From: Octopus sinensis
Lineage: Eukaryota
Direction: 5' to 3'
Length of the DNA: 64,000 nt
Assembly (NCBI RefSeq): GCF_006345805.1
Contig: NC_043005.1
Coordinates: 15,872,001-15,936,000, forward strand
Shown one piece after another: positions 39,510-51,579 of this stretch. The notes under the pieces were generated by a model. The model searched no databases. It was not told where the DNA came from and saw nothing but the letters and a program-made list of their open reading frames with translations. The number at the start of each line of letters is the position of its first letter. Position 1 is the first letter of the stretch. Position numbers and translations under genes: made by a program.

Positions 39510-40067
39510 TTAAAGACAATAAGATGTAATTTGAAGATTTGACTACTATTTCTAGTTGGCTGTTATATCACATAGAGAATTCTTTGTTAACTCATTATTT
39601 ATTGATGTATTAAACTGGCATTTGGAACTTAACCAAAAAACTAATGTTTACTTACAGAAAGCTCACATCATCATATTTGCATTAAAACTATTTTGATCAA
39701 GATTTCAGTTTGAATATGAAAATCTTAATATGGGTGGTTTCACAGTTTTTTAATATCAAAGCAGCAGCAGACGCGGGAAGGGATGTATATTATTGAAAGA
39801 ATTAATATACTATATGTTTTAATACTGCAATATAAAAGAGATTAACAAACTTGTTGTCAGGCATAAAGAAAGAAGAGGTCTTAGAAAAACAACAGTCAAG
39901 ATAGTAGAACAAGTTTTAAATGTCATCCCAACATTAGTTATGTCCTGTAAGTGCAACTTCTGTTTTACATGCCGAATGATATTGTTACTGATAATATAAT
40001 GTATTCTGGGTTAAATATAATAGAAAATAAGCTTTAGATTGTAGTGGGCGGAGTTTGATATCATGAT

Positions 40068-40458
40068 GGGAGGAGCTCTGTGATGGTATTGGGTGGAGCT
40101 ATTGGACTGTAAAGGGTGAAGGCTTTTACATTGTATTGGGAATGTTTGATATTGAGATGGGAAGAGCTCTCTGATTGTATTGGGTGGAGCTATTGGACTG
40201 TAAAGGGTGAAGACTTTTACATTGTATTGGGAATGTTTGATATTGAGATGGGAAGAGCTCTCTGATTGTATTGGGTGGAGCTATTGGACTGTAAAGGGTG
40301 AAGACTTTTACATTGTATTGGGAATGTTTGATATTGAGATGGGAAGAGCTCTCTGATTGTATTGGGTGGAGCTATTGGACTGTAAAGGGTGAAGACTTTT
40401 ACATTGTATTGGGAATGTTTGATATTGAGATGGGAAGAGCTCTCTGATTGTATTGGGC
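40068..40458. repeat. 91-bp minisatellite, about 4.3 copies, degenerate flanks to about 40690
   Basis: Unit starts at 40068, 40159, 40250, 40341, 40432. Confidence 0.95.
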
Positions 40459-41034
40459 GGAAAAGATGGATTTAGAGGGTGGAGCATTTGGATTGTACAG
40501 GGGAGCTTGCTTTTATGATGGGAGAAGTTTTGTGGGTGTAGTGGGTAGTCCAATTGGATTGTAGATGATGGAGACTTTTGGCTAGACAGGGTGGAGATTG
40601 ATATTGCAATGAGAAGAGCCCTTGGGTTCTATTGGGTGAAGTTTTTAGAGTGAAGTAGGGAGAGATTTTGATTTATCAGGAATGACTTTAGGAATTGTAG
40701 TTGATGTCTCTGTGTTGTAATAGGCAGGGTTTTGTGAGTGCTGTAATTGGAGCCCCTCATTATAACTCGTTCTTTTCAATAGTGCAGTAAAAGAAGTCCT
40801 TACTATGATCCTCATTATCAATGTCATCATTATCGTCATTGCTATTGTCATCATCATCACTAGCAGGCTCAAAACAGTAGTAATAATAGTAATAATAATA
40901 ATAAAATAATAATAATAATAATAAAATAATAATAATAATAATAATAATAGTAATAGTAGCAGCATCAGTGATTATTTGTGATGATGGTGATGGTGATGGT
41001 GATGACGAAGGTGATGGTGATATTGATGATGATA

Positions 41035-41097
<63 letters not shown>

Positions 41098-41099
41098 TG

Positions 41100-41131
<32 letters not shown>

Positions 41132-41575
41132 AGCAGCAGCAGCAGCAGCAGTGGTAGTAATAGCAGGCAATAGTAGTAATAGTCATTCATTAGATGGAAG
41201 CAATACAGATTAAAACAGATACATTTCTTTTAGAATGGTTTCCTAGTTCACAGAATACTAAGATCTGGCACTGTAGGTGGGTTGAGTCTTAAAGAGGCAA
41301 AAAACGTATTTCAACATCTAATTCTTCAGTGTGTATATGTATATGTGTATATGTGTATATTCTTTTATTCTTTTATATGCTTCAACCTTGAAGTTACAGC
41401 CATGCTAGGGCACCATGGAGGCATAAAGTATTGATGATACAAGTATGTTTCAATGGCAGTTCAGGAAACATCTATGTTCAATAATTTGTTTAGCTAGAAA
41501 TAGTGACTGAATCTACCTCAATTAACATTTTGTTGTCTTAAAAGAGTACTGGTATTTTGGACAATGTAATCCTAT

Positions 41576-41608
<33 letters not shown>

Positions 41609-41777
41609 TCCTTTATTTTTTCAGTCATTTGACTGTGGCCATGCTGGGGCACCGTCTTTTAGTTGAGCAAATCGACCTCAGGGTTTATTCTTAGTAAGCC
41701 TAGTACTTATTCTATCGGTCCCTTTTAACAAATGCTAAGTTACAGGGACACACAAACACAGACACACAAACATATAC

Positions 41778-41819
<42 letters not shown>

Positions 41820-41859
41820 TACAGGATTCTTTTAGTTTCCATCTACCAAATCCACTAAC

Positions 41860-42628
41860 AAGAGAGTGTAGTGGGTGCTTTTTACATGCAGCCAGCACGG
41901 GAGCCAGTCAGGCAGGCCTGGCATTGATCGCGTATGGATGGTGCATTTTGCATGCCACTGGCACAAGAGCCAGTCAGGGGGTACTGGAATCAGCCATGAT
42001 CGGTTGGTGCTTTTTATGTGCCACCGGCATGGGATCCAGTCAGGGGGCACTGGTCACAGCTAAGATATTGGTCTTATTTGACTCAACAGGTCTTCTCAAG
42101 CATATTATATTGCCTGATGCATCAGGGTATTCTTAACAGGGCCGGATATGCGTGGCTGCGATCTCACTTTAGTTGCAGGGTCTTTTTAATCACAGCATAT
42201 CTGCAAAGGTCTCAGTCTCCTGTCATTGCCTCTGTGAGGCCCAATGTCTGTAGGTCATACTTCACCACCTCATCCCATATCTTTCTGAGTCTACCTCTTC
42301 CACAAGTTCCTTCTACAGTTAGGGAGTGGCACTTCCTCACACAGCTCTCTTCATTCATACGTAACACATGACCATACCAGTGCAGATTTGATGCTTCTTA
42401 ACTCAACTTTTCTCTCTGGGCATTTACACTCTGTTGTGTATACAGACTGATATTACACATCCAGTGGATCATACTAGCTTCATTTCTTTCAAGCCTATGC
42501 CACATGTCCTCAGCATTCATGGCCCATGTTTCACTGCCGTGTAGTATGGCAGTTCGCACACATGCATCATACAGTCTACCTTATACCCTGAGCGAGAGGC
42601 CCTTAGTTGCTGGCAGAGGTAGGCACTA

Positions 42629-42630
<2 letters not shown>
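41860..42630 (-). mobile_element. RTE (BovB-like) LINE 3' fragment continuous with family D repeat
   Basis: LHWYGHVLRMNEE..GRGRLRKIWDEVVK..LGLTEAM, then ~65-bp units of family D. Confidence 0.8.
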
Positions 42631-42664
<34 letters not shown>

Positions 42665-42666
<2 letters not shown>

Positions 42667-42691
42667 AGAGACCAAAGTGTATGTAAGCCGC

Positions 42692-42723
<32 letters not shown>

Positions 42724-43300
42724 ACAAAATGGGACAACAAAACATCCAGATAGACGATACAAAGAAAACAAGGACAGGTCATTCTAAGTTTTTTTTTCCT
42801 CAGTCAAGCACCAGGTTATCCTTGCAATTTCAGCTGATTATACTTGAGATTGCTCCAATCTGGCCAGCCCCAAGGAAAAACTAAGCTAAGAGCATTAGAT
42901 TCGTTGGTAGAAAGCAGCAAATGTATACAAAAACAAGGACGGAAAAAAACAGATGTTACACAAATACGATAAAAATAATAACAGGACATAACAACAGGTG
43001 TCTTTTGACTAAGGACGAATTAAATTAAGCTGGTGTGTGTGGAAATGAAGCCTTATGGCAGGGATAGAGGATTTCACAAACAGAGGGAGGAATATCAATG
43101 TTGCACGGACAACGGCCAGACCAAGATAGAAAGAACAGGCTTGGCTGAACGCTGGTCACGTGGGAAGAAAAGAGGGAGAAGTAGAAACAGCGGGACAGAA
43201 GAATTAAGGAGGGGTGAGAAAAAATGACAGGGACACAGTGAAGTGAAAAGTGGAGGGAAAGTGAGCAAGAATCAAAGATTGGATTTTGGCAAAGGTACAC
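42665..43300. repeat. Interspersed repeat (possibly Penelope-derived); second copy at 51528-51750
   Basis: Shared gagaccaaagtgta..ccgc(ta)n aaatacaaaatgggaca..cctcagtcaag. Confidence 0.55.
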
Positions 43301-43485
43301 CAGAACTTTTGCTGGATTTACACTATGATTAACTGATTAAAACATTTTGGACCAGCAAAGAAAAGCAAATTTTAAAAATGAGATTTAATTGCTAACACTT
43401 AATCTACAACTTCAAAATTTTAAATTACAATTTTGGAAATGATGGTAGGTGTGATGGAAAGAAGAGAAACTACAATTCTCTAGTA

Positions 43486-44017
43486 TTGGGTTGTCCAGAA
43501 AGAAAATGGTCAATAAATATTTGCCATTACATTTTTAATCAACCAAATATGAACCATTTTGTTGCACAATGCGTCTCCATCTTCCCTTTAACTTGAAAAT
43601 ACCCTCTTCCCAGAATTGAGGTGGTTTCATGGCAAAGAATTCATCAAGGTATCTTTTTACGTCATCCAAGGAATTGAAATTTTTATCATTAAGACTATTC
43701 TGCAGAGACCTGAATAAGTGGAAATCCGAAGGAGCAATATCTGGTGAATATGGAGGGTGGGGTAACACATCCCAGCCAAGCTGCAGCAATTTTTGTCTGG
43801 TTCCCAAAGCATCAAGTGCCGAAAATGAACTTTCTTATCTTCCATTTTAAAGGGTTACAGAATTAACACAGGTTACAGGAACATAAACCTTCTTAAAGCT
43901 TAAACTGTGCTCTAAATGGAGGTGTCGTCAAATCCCATTTCATGGACACAACCATGTTCTAAAATAGGTTGAAAGGTAAGCTACTATAAATCGGCACGAA
44001 CTTTCCAGACAACCCAA
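43486..44017 (-). mobile_element. Internally deleted mariner (532 bp) with TIRs and TA TSD
   Basis: TA|ttgggttgtccagaaag ... ctttccagacaacccaa|TA; N-terminal MEDKKVHFRHLML fused to C-terminal HPPYSPDIAPSDFHLF. Confidence 0.92.
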
Positions 44018-45406
44018 TATTTTTTTTTTTTCCGTTTAATAAGTCATTTGGAAGAAGAAGGGCCTCCAAGACTGGTAACATTGATGTAGTTGATGTTTAG
44101 CAGGTTTGTAGGTCAATGTTGCAGGACAAATGTAGGCAGAGAAGGAATGCCAGATGGTTTCATTTCTGAGGAGGACAGACTAAAGAGAAAAGTGTGTTGA
44201 GTTTTATAACAGGGGATATGGACAGCCACAAGTATTTAAGCTACCAGCACCAATTTACAGTTAAGCTGTTACAGCAGAGCTACCAGGAGCTATTCAATAA
44301 CAGCAATAACAACAATATTGGCTACTACAACAACAAAGATCAACAACTTAATTAGAAGACAAATTCTGGGTAAAAAGGGATAATGAAAATATTTATGTTG
44401 TTGACTGGCTGACCTGGGGTTCTCAACAGGAAGACCGAAAAGGAAAGCCATGAAAGAGGAGCAGATGAATGAAGTGAGGGGAACTTAAGATTTCTGGGCA
44501 ATATAGTGGAAGACCCATAAATGTTTGGCCAATCCACTGGTGCAATGTAATTGCTTAAAGCCATTATATTAAAGATGAACTGATTGCTATGCCACCTCCA
44601 ATGCATCCACCACCATTAACCCCCTCCCCCCACACACAAGCACACACTATTTCTTCCAACAACACCCATCACTATCGTCATTACCCCCCCCATTACCACC
44701 ACTGCCACCACCATCATCACCATCAGCACCACCACCACTACCATCACAAACACTGTTACTACAGTCAGACATCACTACTATCACACCCCTACCTCAATCA
44801 CCGTTACCACGACCACCCATCACTATTGCCATCATCATTACTCTCATCTTTACCACAATTATGTCACCATCACCATCACCACCACCACCATCACCACCAT
44901 AAGTAACGCCTCAAGCATCATGTTCTCTATTCTAACAAGACTTTTCCTAATTTCAGTTTACTTTGATCCTTACTAAAAGAACTGATCAACCTACCAAAAT
45001 GTAGGAATCTCAGAGTACCCCACGAAAAAAAAAAATCCTCATTCTGTCCCCTTTTTCCATGCTAGTGTGTGATGGACGAACCTTCTTGGGGCAGTATTCT
45101 ATGATTGGATAGTTTTCTTGGTGCCAACCCTTTTTTTTCTCAAGTCTGATGCTTTCTTCCATAGATTTGCAATATGGAACTGCTGTGCTACATGATGCTT
45201 CTTTTATGCACAACATGAAAATATATCACTGTTGCTTAAACTGTAACAAAGCAAAGACATGTGGAGATGAAACTTGAAACATACACTGATATACATGTGT
45301 GTGTGTGTGTGTGTGTGTGTATGCATAAGTGTGTGTGTGCGTGTGTGTGTTCAAAAACTAGCCATGTGGCTTTTCATGCTCCAATTTGAAAAGATGTTAC
45401 TGGCCA

Positions 45407-45481
45407 CTGGCCATTAGGGTCTGATGAAACATGTGTAAAGCACTTTAGGGATGTGAAACCCTGAGTAACCCTATGAACCAG
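45407..45481 (+). ncRNA. Candidate type I hammerhead ribozyme, intact core
   Basis: Stem I TAGGGT(45415-20)/ACCCTA(45468-73); CTGATGA 45421-27; extra A; stem II ACAT/ATGT; GAAA 45455-58; stem III AC/GT with 5-nt loop; GUA triplet, predicted cut after 45467; stem I extends via CA/TG and CTGG/CCAG. Confidence 0.7.
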
Positions 45482-45557
45482 ACTACTGCTCTATAACTTC
45501 AAATGTGCTTCTCTTTCAGATTTATGATTTACTGACAACACACACACACACATATAT

Positions 45558-45875
45558 AGTGGAGGCGCAATGGCCTAGTGGTTAGGGCTGCAGACTCACG
45601 GCTGCAGGATCACAGTTTCAATTCCCAGACCGGGTGTTGTGAGTGTTTATTGAACGAAAACACCTAAAAGCTCCATGAGGCTCTGGCAGGATGGAAGGGG
45701 GGGGGGGTGATACCTGCTGTACTCTTTCACCAAAACTTTCTCTCACTCTTTCTTCTGTTGGCCTGCTCGCTTAGCCAGCGGGGTGGTGGCATTCAAAGGC
45801 TAAAACAATAAAACAATGCAAATGCATTGTGACCAGCGATGTGTAGCAACATCTGATGGTCTGATCGGTCATGTG
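45558..45875 (+). mobile_element. SINE family B head with alternative 3' half
   Basis: Similarity to 17331-17490. Confidence 0.75.
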
Positions 45876-46522
45876 ATATATATATATATATATATAGTAT
45901 AATTCAGGTAAAAATGTGATTTGTTATTAAAACCTGGGATCTTCCAACCTAATGTTATATTTTTCTTATATATAATGTATATATACATATCAAAAGAGAA
46001 TATTGGTAAAACGTTTTTGAATCTCCTGTTTCAATGTGTAATTACTGAACAAAAATATTTTCCAGAATTTTCAACACTTATGCATTCTTCACACAAATAT
46101 GACATCTATGTACAACTTTGGAATACTGGAATAAGTGGATATGTGCTTCAACAGGACACACTTTGGATGTTAATCCTATCACCATAACATGTGTGTGTTG
46201 TTATACTGTACAAGTGTCTTCTAATACAGCTTTATTCTGAGGCTATATCAGAAGACATTTGTCTAAGGTGCCAGGCAACAGAAGCAAGCCCCAAAACCCA
46301 TGGTTGTGAAATAAGCTTCTTAACTCCACAACTATGCCTGTGCAGTATATTTTAATCTGTATTTATGAACTTATGGGGATTAGCTAATTAACCTATGTTG
46401 GCACAGGTCACCATTAGTTTCCTAAGACCTCAGATTTTACAGTATACCAGTAAACTAAAAGAAGTTTGTGTCAACATCAGTTGTCAAGCGATGGAGGAGG
46501 GGACAAACACACACAGAAATAA

Positions 46523-46566
<44 letters not shown>

Positions 46567-46890
46567 AACACATATATATGACAGGTTTCTTTCAGTTTCC
46601 GTCTACCAAATCCAATCACAAGACAAATCCAACCACTGATGCACATTATGAACTACATTACCTATACTGACCTTCCTTTTTAAAAAGGCACTGAGTAATT
46701 TGAGAAAATTTGTCTGCTATTTCAACCAGTTAAAAAAAATAAAATTCACAGGCTTCACTGACATTAGAACTTTATAGAGCCCCCAGCAAACTCTGTTATG
46801 TGGTTGGCATAAGGAAGGGCATCCAACCAAAGAAATCATGTCACAACAGATAGTTGGAGTCTGGTCAGTTCCATGTCAAACCGTCTAATC

Positions 46891-47610
46891 CAGTGATTCT
46901 GAACCAGGGTCCATATAGCCCCTGAGGGTCCTTTAAGATTTTTGGGGGTCCACACAACAAAATAGTAAATTGGGGATCCCCAATATTATTTTAAGGGCCC
47001 CTGAAAAAATTTTGCTTCGGATGTATGTATTTGTATTATTGCAAGAAAAAGCTAGGTTTCTTTCTCAAATATTTTACATGGTTCAATCTACACAAGTAAA
47101 TAAGAATTTTGTAAGAAGTTTCTATAGGAGTGGCTGTGTGGTAAGTAGCTTGCTTACCAACCACATGGTTCTGGGTTCAGTCCTGCTGTGTGGCATCTTG
47201 GGCAAGTGTCTTCTACTATAGCCTTGGGCTGACCAAAGCCTTATGAGTGGATTTAGTAGGTGGAAACTGAAAGAAGCCCGTCGTATATATGTATATATAT
47301 ATATGTATATGTTTGTGTGTCTGTGTTTGTATCCCCAACGTCGCTTGACAACCAATGCTGGTCTGTTTATGTACCCGTCGCTTAGCGGTTCAGCAAAAGA
47401 GACCGATAGAATAAGTACTAGGCTTACAAAGAATAAGTCCCGGGGTCGATTTGCTCGATTAAAGGTGGTGCTTCAGCATGGCCACAGTCAAATGACTGAA
47501 ACAAGTAAAAGAGAGTAAACTAGTTTTAAACATTGAATACCTATGGGGGTTCACCAAAATAAAATAGTAATCAACGGGGTCCATAGAGGTAAAATGGTCG
47601 AGAATCCCTG
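46891..47610. mobile_element. hAT-like MITE inserted in a family D copy and carrying a SINE C (47125-47517)
   Basis: Termini CAGTGATTCT/AGAATCCCTG; 8-bp TSD gtctaatc/gtctaacc. Confidence 0.75.
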
Positions 47611-47802
47611 GTCTAACCCATGCTAGCATACAAAGTGGACGTTAATCAATGTCTGTATGTATGTATGTCACCAGCAGATTTTTCAAATAGTAGTGCTTGA
47701 TTTGAAGGGAATTTGGTTATCAATTTTAAGAGGTCTAGCAACAAAGTAAGGACTTTCAGCTTGCGTACAACTCTCTCTCCCTCTGTTCTCCTTCTGTGTG
47801 TT

Positions 47803-47839
<37 letters not shown>

Positions 47840-48340
47840 ATATGTTTATGTGTGTTGGGTATATACATATGTGTTGGGTATATACATGCAGTGCCCCATG
47901 AGACTTATCTTTAACCCCAAGATAAACGAACAATGCACAAAGAATAGAGCCAAATTTGGTAATACAACGTGAATAGCTAAAATAAAAAGAATTGTACAAA
48001 TGCATGAGAAGCAATACAACAAAAAAGATTAAGCTAAATAACTGGTAGGCTCAAGCATATACAGTATCTAACATATGTGTGCATGCATATATCTACATGT
48101 GTTAATGTGTGTGTGTGTGTGTATGTATGTATATGTTTGTATATTTTATATATATATATATAATATATAGGCGTAGGAGTGACTGTGTGGTAAGTAGCTT
48201 GCTTACCAACCACATAGTTCCAAGTTCAGTCCCCACTGCATGGCACCTTGGGCATGTGTCTCCTACTATAGCCCCGGGCCAACCAAAGCCTTGTGAGTGG
48301 ATTTGGTAGAGGGAAATTAAAAGAACAAAGAAGCCTGTCG

Positions 48341-48373
<33 letters not shown>

Positions 48374-48382
48374 ATAAATATA

Positions 48383-48415
<33 letters not shown>

Positions 48416-48605
48416 GCATATGTGTGTATATATATATATCACTCATACATCTCTCTCATCATTCATGTCTCTACCACTCGGGTTTCTCACTCTGTAAAGA
48501 ATAAATAGAGACATGACATTATGAGATCCATTTAGTCTTGTCAAAGGACATGGCTACCCCTCTAGTGCAGGTGTCATGAAAAATGCATTCAATACACTCC
48601 ATAAA

Positions 48606-49274
48606 TCACCTCAACAAGTCAAGCATGTGCAGACAATTCATCGACAGACAATTCACCGACAGGCAATTCCCACATAGCCTCAGACTCAACACGGAGGCCT
48701 ACATCAAGTGGCTGGAGGAGGCTGTGCTGCCCAGGGTTAAGAGGGTACTGCTGGAACACCCTATGCCTGGTAACAGGACTCTGTGCCACACCATACATAC
48801 AATTGCCCTGTCTGTAAGTTGTCTATCAGCCAATTGTCTGACAGCCAACTGTCTGTCGACGAATTGTCCATCTACCCAAACCAAGGGCAACTTATCTCAC
48901 TTGCATTTCATTTTGGCCTGGTTACTTTGGCTGGATACTCTTCCTAACACCAACCAAAGTAACCAGGCCAAAATGAAATGCAAGTGAGATAAGTTGCCCT
49001 TGATTTGGGTAGATGTACAATTCGTCGACAGACAGTTGGCTGTCAGACAATTGGCTGATAGACAACTTACAGACAGGGCAATTGTATGGTGTGGCACAGA
49101 ATGCTGTTGTCAGGCATAGGGTGTTCCAGCAGTACCCTATTAACCCTGGGCAGCACAACCTCCTCCAGACACTTAATGTAGGCCTCCATGTTGAGTCTGA
49201 GGCTATGTGGGAATTGCCTGTCGGTGAATTGTCTGTCGATGAATTATCTGCACATGCTTGATTTGTTGAGGTGA
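48606..49274. repeat. Long palindrome, arms 329/325 bp, 15-nt spacer; each arm carries a Tc1-like transposase fragment between 15-bp subterminal repeats
   Basis: 48606-48934 is the reverse complement of 48950-49274; RLNTEAYIKWLEEAVLP. Confidence 0.92.
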
Positions 49275-49752
49275 GCAGGCCCGTCACACCCATGCCAGCA
49301 TAAATGACAGATGGTAATGATGATGATGATGATGATGACAATGTATATTTATACACGAGTGTCAAATATAAACAAACCAAGACAAGTTGGTTAAGTTCTT
49401 AGCCCATTGGAAAGTACAGCTTGGGGTATTTGTTCCAGATCCCTGTATTCTGAGTTCACGTTTTGCCAAGGTGTCTTTCAAAGTTGATAAATAAAGTACT
49501 AATTCAGAACAAGTGTTAATTTTCCTTCTCTCACGCTCTCTCTCTCTCTTGGCTGAAAGAAATCAGTTATGTTCAAACATACAGAGCGATGTATTCTACC
49601 AGGTTTAAATTACTCAAGACATTCAGTGTGAATTGTGACAACGCCCCAATATCTCTATCAGGAGATCAAAAGTTAAGCTTTGCCTTTATATATATAACAT
49701 ATCCATATGCATATGTATGTGTGTAACCATATGTGCATATATATATAGTATG

Positions 49753-49814
<62 letters not shown>

Positions 49815-49881
49815 TCACATTTATATATATATATATATAACATATTCATATGTATATGTATATATGTGGAGTTATACCATA

Positions 49882-49953
<72 letters not shown>

Positions 49954-49994
49954 GTATGTTATATATATATGTGTATGTATATGATATATATATA

Positions 49995-50037
<43 letters not shown>

Positions 50038-50384
50038 ATATTATTACATATATATATTTATATATATATATATAACTAATAACATGGTGTATACGGTGGT
50101 AGTGACAAAGCAGTATTTATTTACTCTTCTGTGTTTCAGTTCTTGAAACCCTGTGGGATTGATAAAAATGTCTCTTTGATAAAATGAAACCAAGTTCTTC
50201 AATTAACTCCCTTTTTCTTTAAATATAGTTTCGTTGGAAGTTTGGAAATGGCATTAAACAGTAAAATGCATGTTGCTTTCAATATTATATCCTTGAAGTG
50301 GTTCGTGGTGGTGGTGATTATAGTAACTGGTGTTTGTTAGACAATGGTGGTGGCTTTGGTGGCGGTGATTGTTTCTTTATAATA

Positions 50385-50790
50385 TACTAGCAGTATCGCC
50401 CGGCGTTGCTTGGGTTTGTAAGGGAAATAACTATATAAGCATTTTTAGAGAGTTATAGCCAAAAGATAGCAAAAAAATGCATTAAAAATGGAAAAAAAAT
50501 TATGGTAAATTTTTTTAAAACTCTTTGACATTTTTTTTAAAAATCGTAGACATTTTTAGAGAGTTACTTCCCTTATATGATAGCGAAAAAAATGCATTAA
50601 AATGGAAAAAAATGATGGTAAATTTTTTTTAAATCGTAGACTCATCGTAGACGCGCGCTAATACCCAGAAGGGCTCGATATGAATCACGACTATAAGATA
50701 CCCGGTTTTGGTTAAACTGCACCGCAAAATGTGGGAGTAGTTAGGAATCTAAATCGTAGGAGACAGACACACAACCTTACTTTTATATAC
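50385..50790 (+). mobile_element. Helentron-associated (HINE/DINE-1-like) element
   Basis: 5' TACTAGCAGTATCGCCCGGCGTTGCT shared with the 62284-62651 copy; ends cacaca..ctttta(ta)n. Confidence 0.55.
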
Positions 50791-51180
50791 TTGCATATAT
50801 AAGAAAAAGACATGATGGTCAAGGCTGGAATAACTTTTTATTATAGATCAGTTCAATCAGGGCTGGTCTGGAGCTTAAACAATATTTTATCCATTAGGAA
50901 GGGCATCCAGCCATAGAAACCATGCCAGAATAGACAATAGAGCCTGGTGCAGCCCCCTGGCCTTACCAGCTCCTGCCAAACCATGCAACCCCACACCAGC
51001 ATCGAAAATGGACGTTGAATGATGACGATGATAATGAGGATGATAATGACGATGATGATGACGATGATGATGATGATGATTATATGTAAGCATTTATTGC
51101 ATGCATGCATGTATGTAAGGTGCACTCATGTATATTTATATATATATATATATATATATTTAATTATATAATTATATTAA

Positions 51181-51496
51181 GGGAGCAAAGGTGAAAAACA
51201 ACCTGTCTCCAACATGCTTGAAAATGGCAAGGCGCTCAGGTACTACAGCAAAGCTCAAAAATATATACAGGCTGTAGTCGGGTGAGTGAAAATAATATTA
51301 AAAAGACTTCATGCTAATTGTGAATTGGGTACAATTTCAGAAAATTGTACCCAATTCACAATTAATGTGAAGGCTTTTTAATATTACTTTCACTCACCCG
51401 ACTACAATCTATATATTTTTGAGCTTTGCTGTAGTACCTGAGAGCCTTGCCATTTTCAAGCATGCTGGAGACAGGTCGTTTTTCACCCTTGCTCCC
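51181..51496. mobile_element. Fully palindromic MITE, TTAA TSD with GG..CC termini (Kolobok-like)
   Basis: TTAA|GGGAGCAA ... TTGCTCCC|TTAA; arms about 155 bp meeting near 51340. Confidence 0.75.
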
Positions 51497-51543
51497 TTAA
51501 TATAATTATATAGTTATATAGAGACCAAAGTGTACGTACTCCG

Positions 51544-51579
<36 letters not shown>

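Noticed and set aside
40068-40458. Regular repeat array as a CRISPR-like structure
   Set aside because: Units are contiguous and identical with no unique spacers; eukaryotic context
40645-41213. Poly-L/I/S/H/D ORFs
   Set aside because: Adjacent (AAT)n, (GAT)n and (GCA)n microsatellites
41295-41340. CTGAAGA...GAAA on the minus strand
   Set aside because: Stems I and II do not pair
44589-44906. His-rich ORF
   Set aside because: (CAC/CAT)n low-complexity tract
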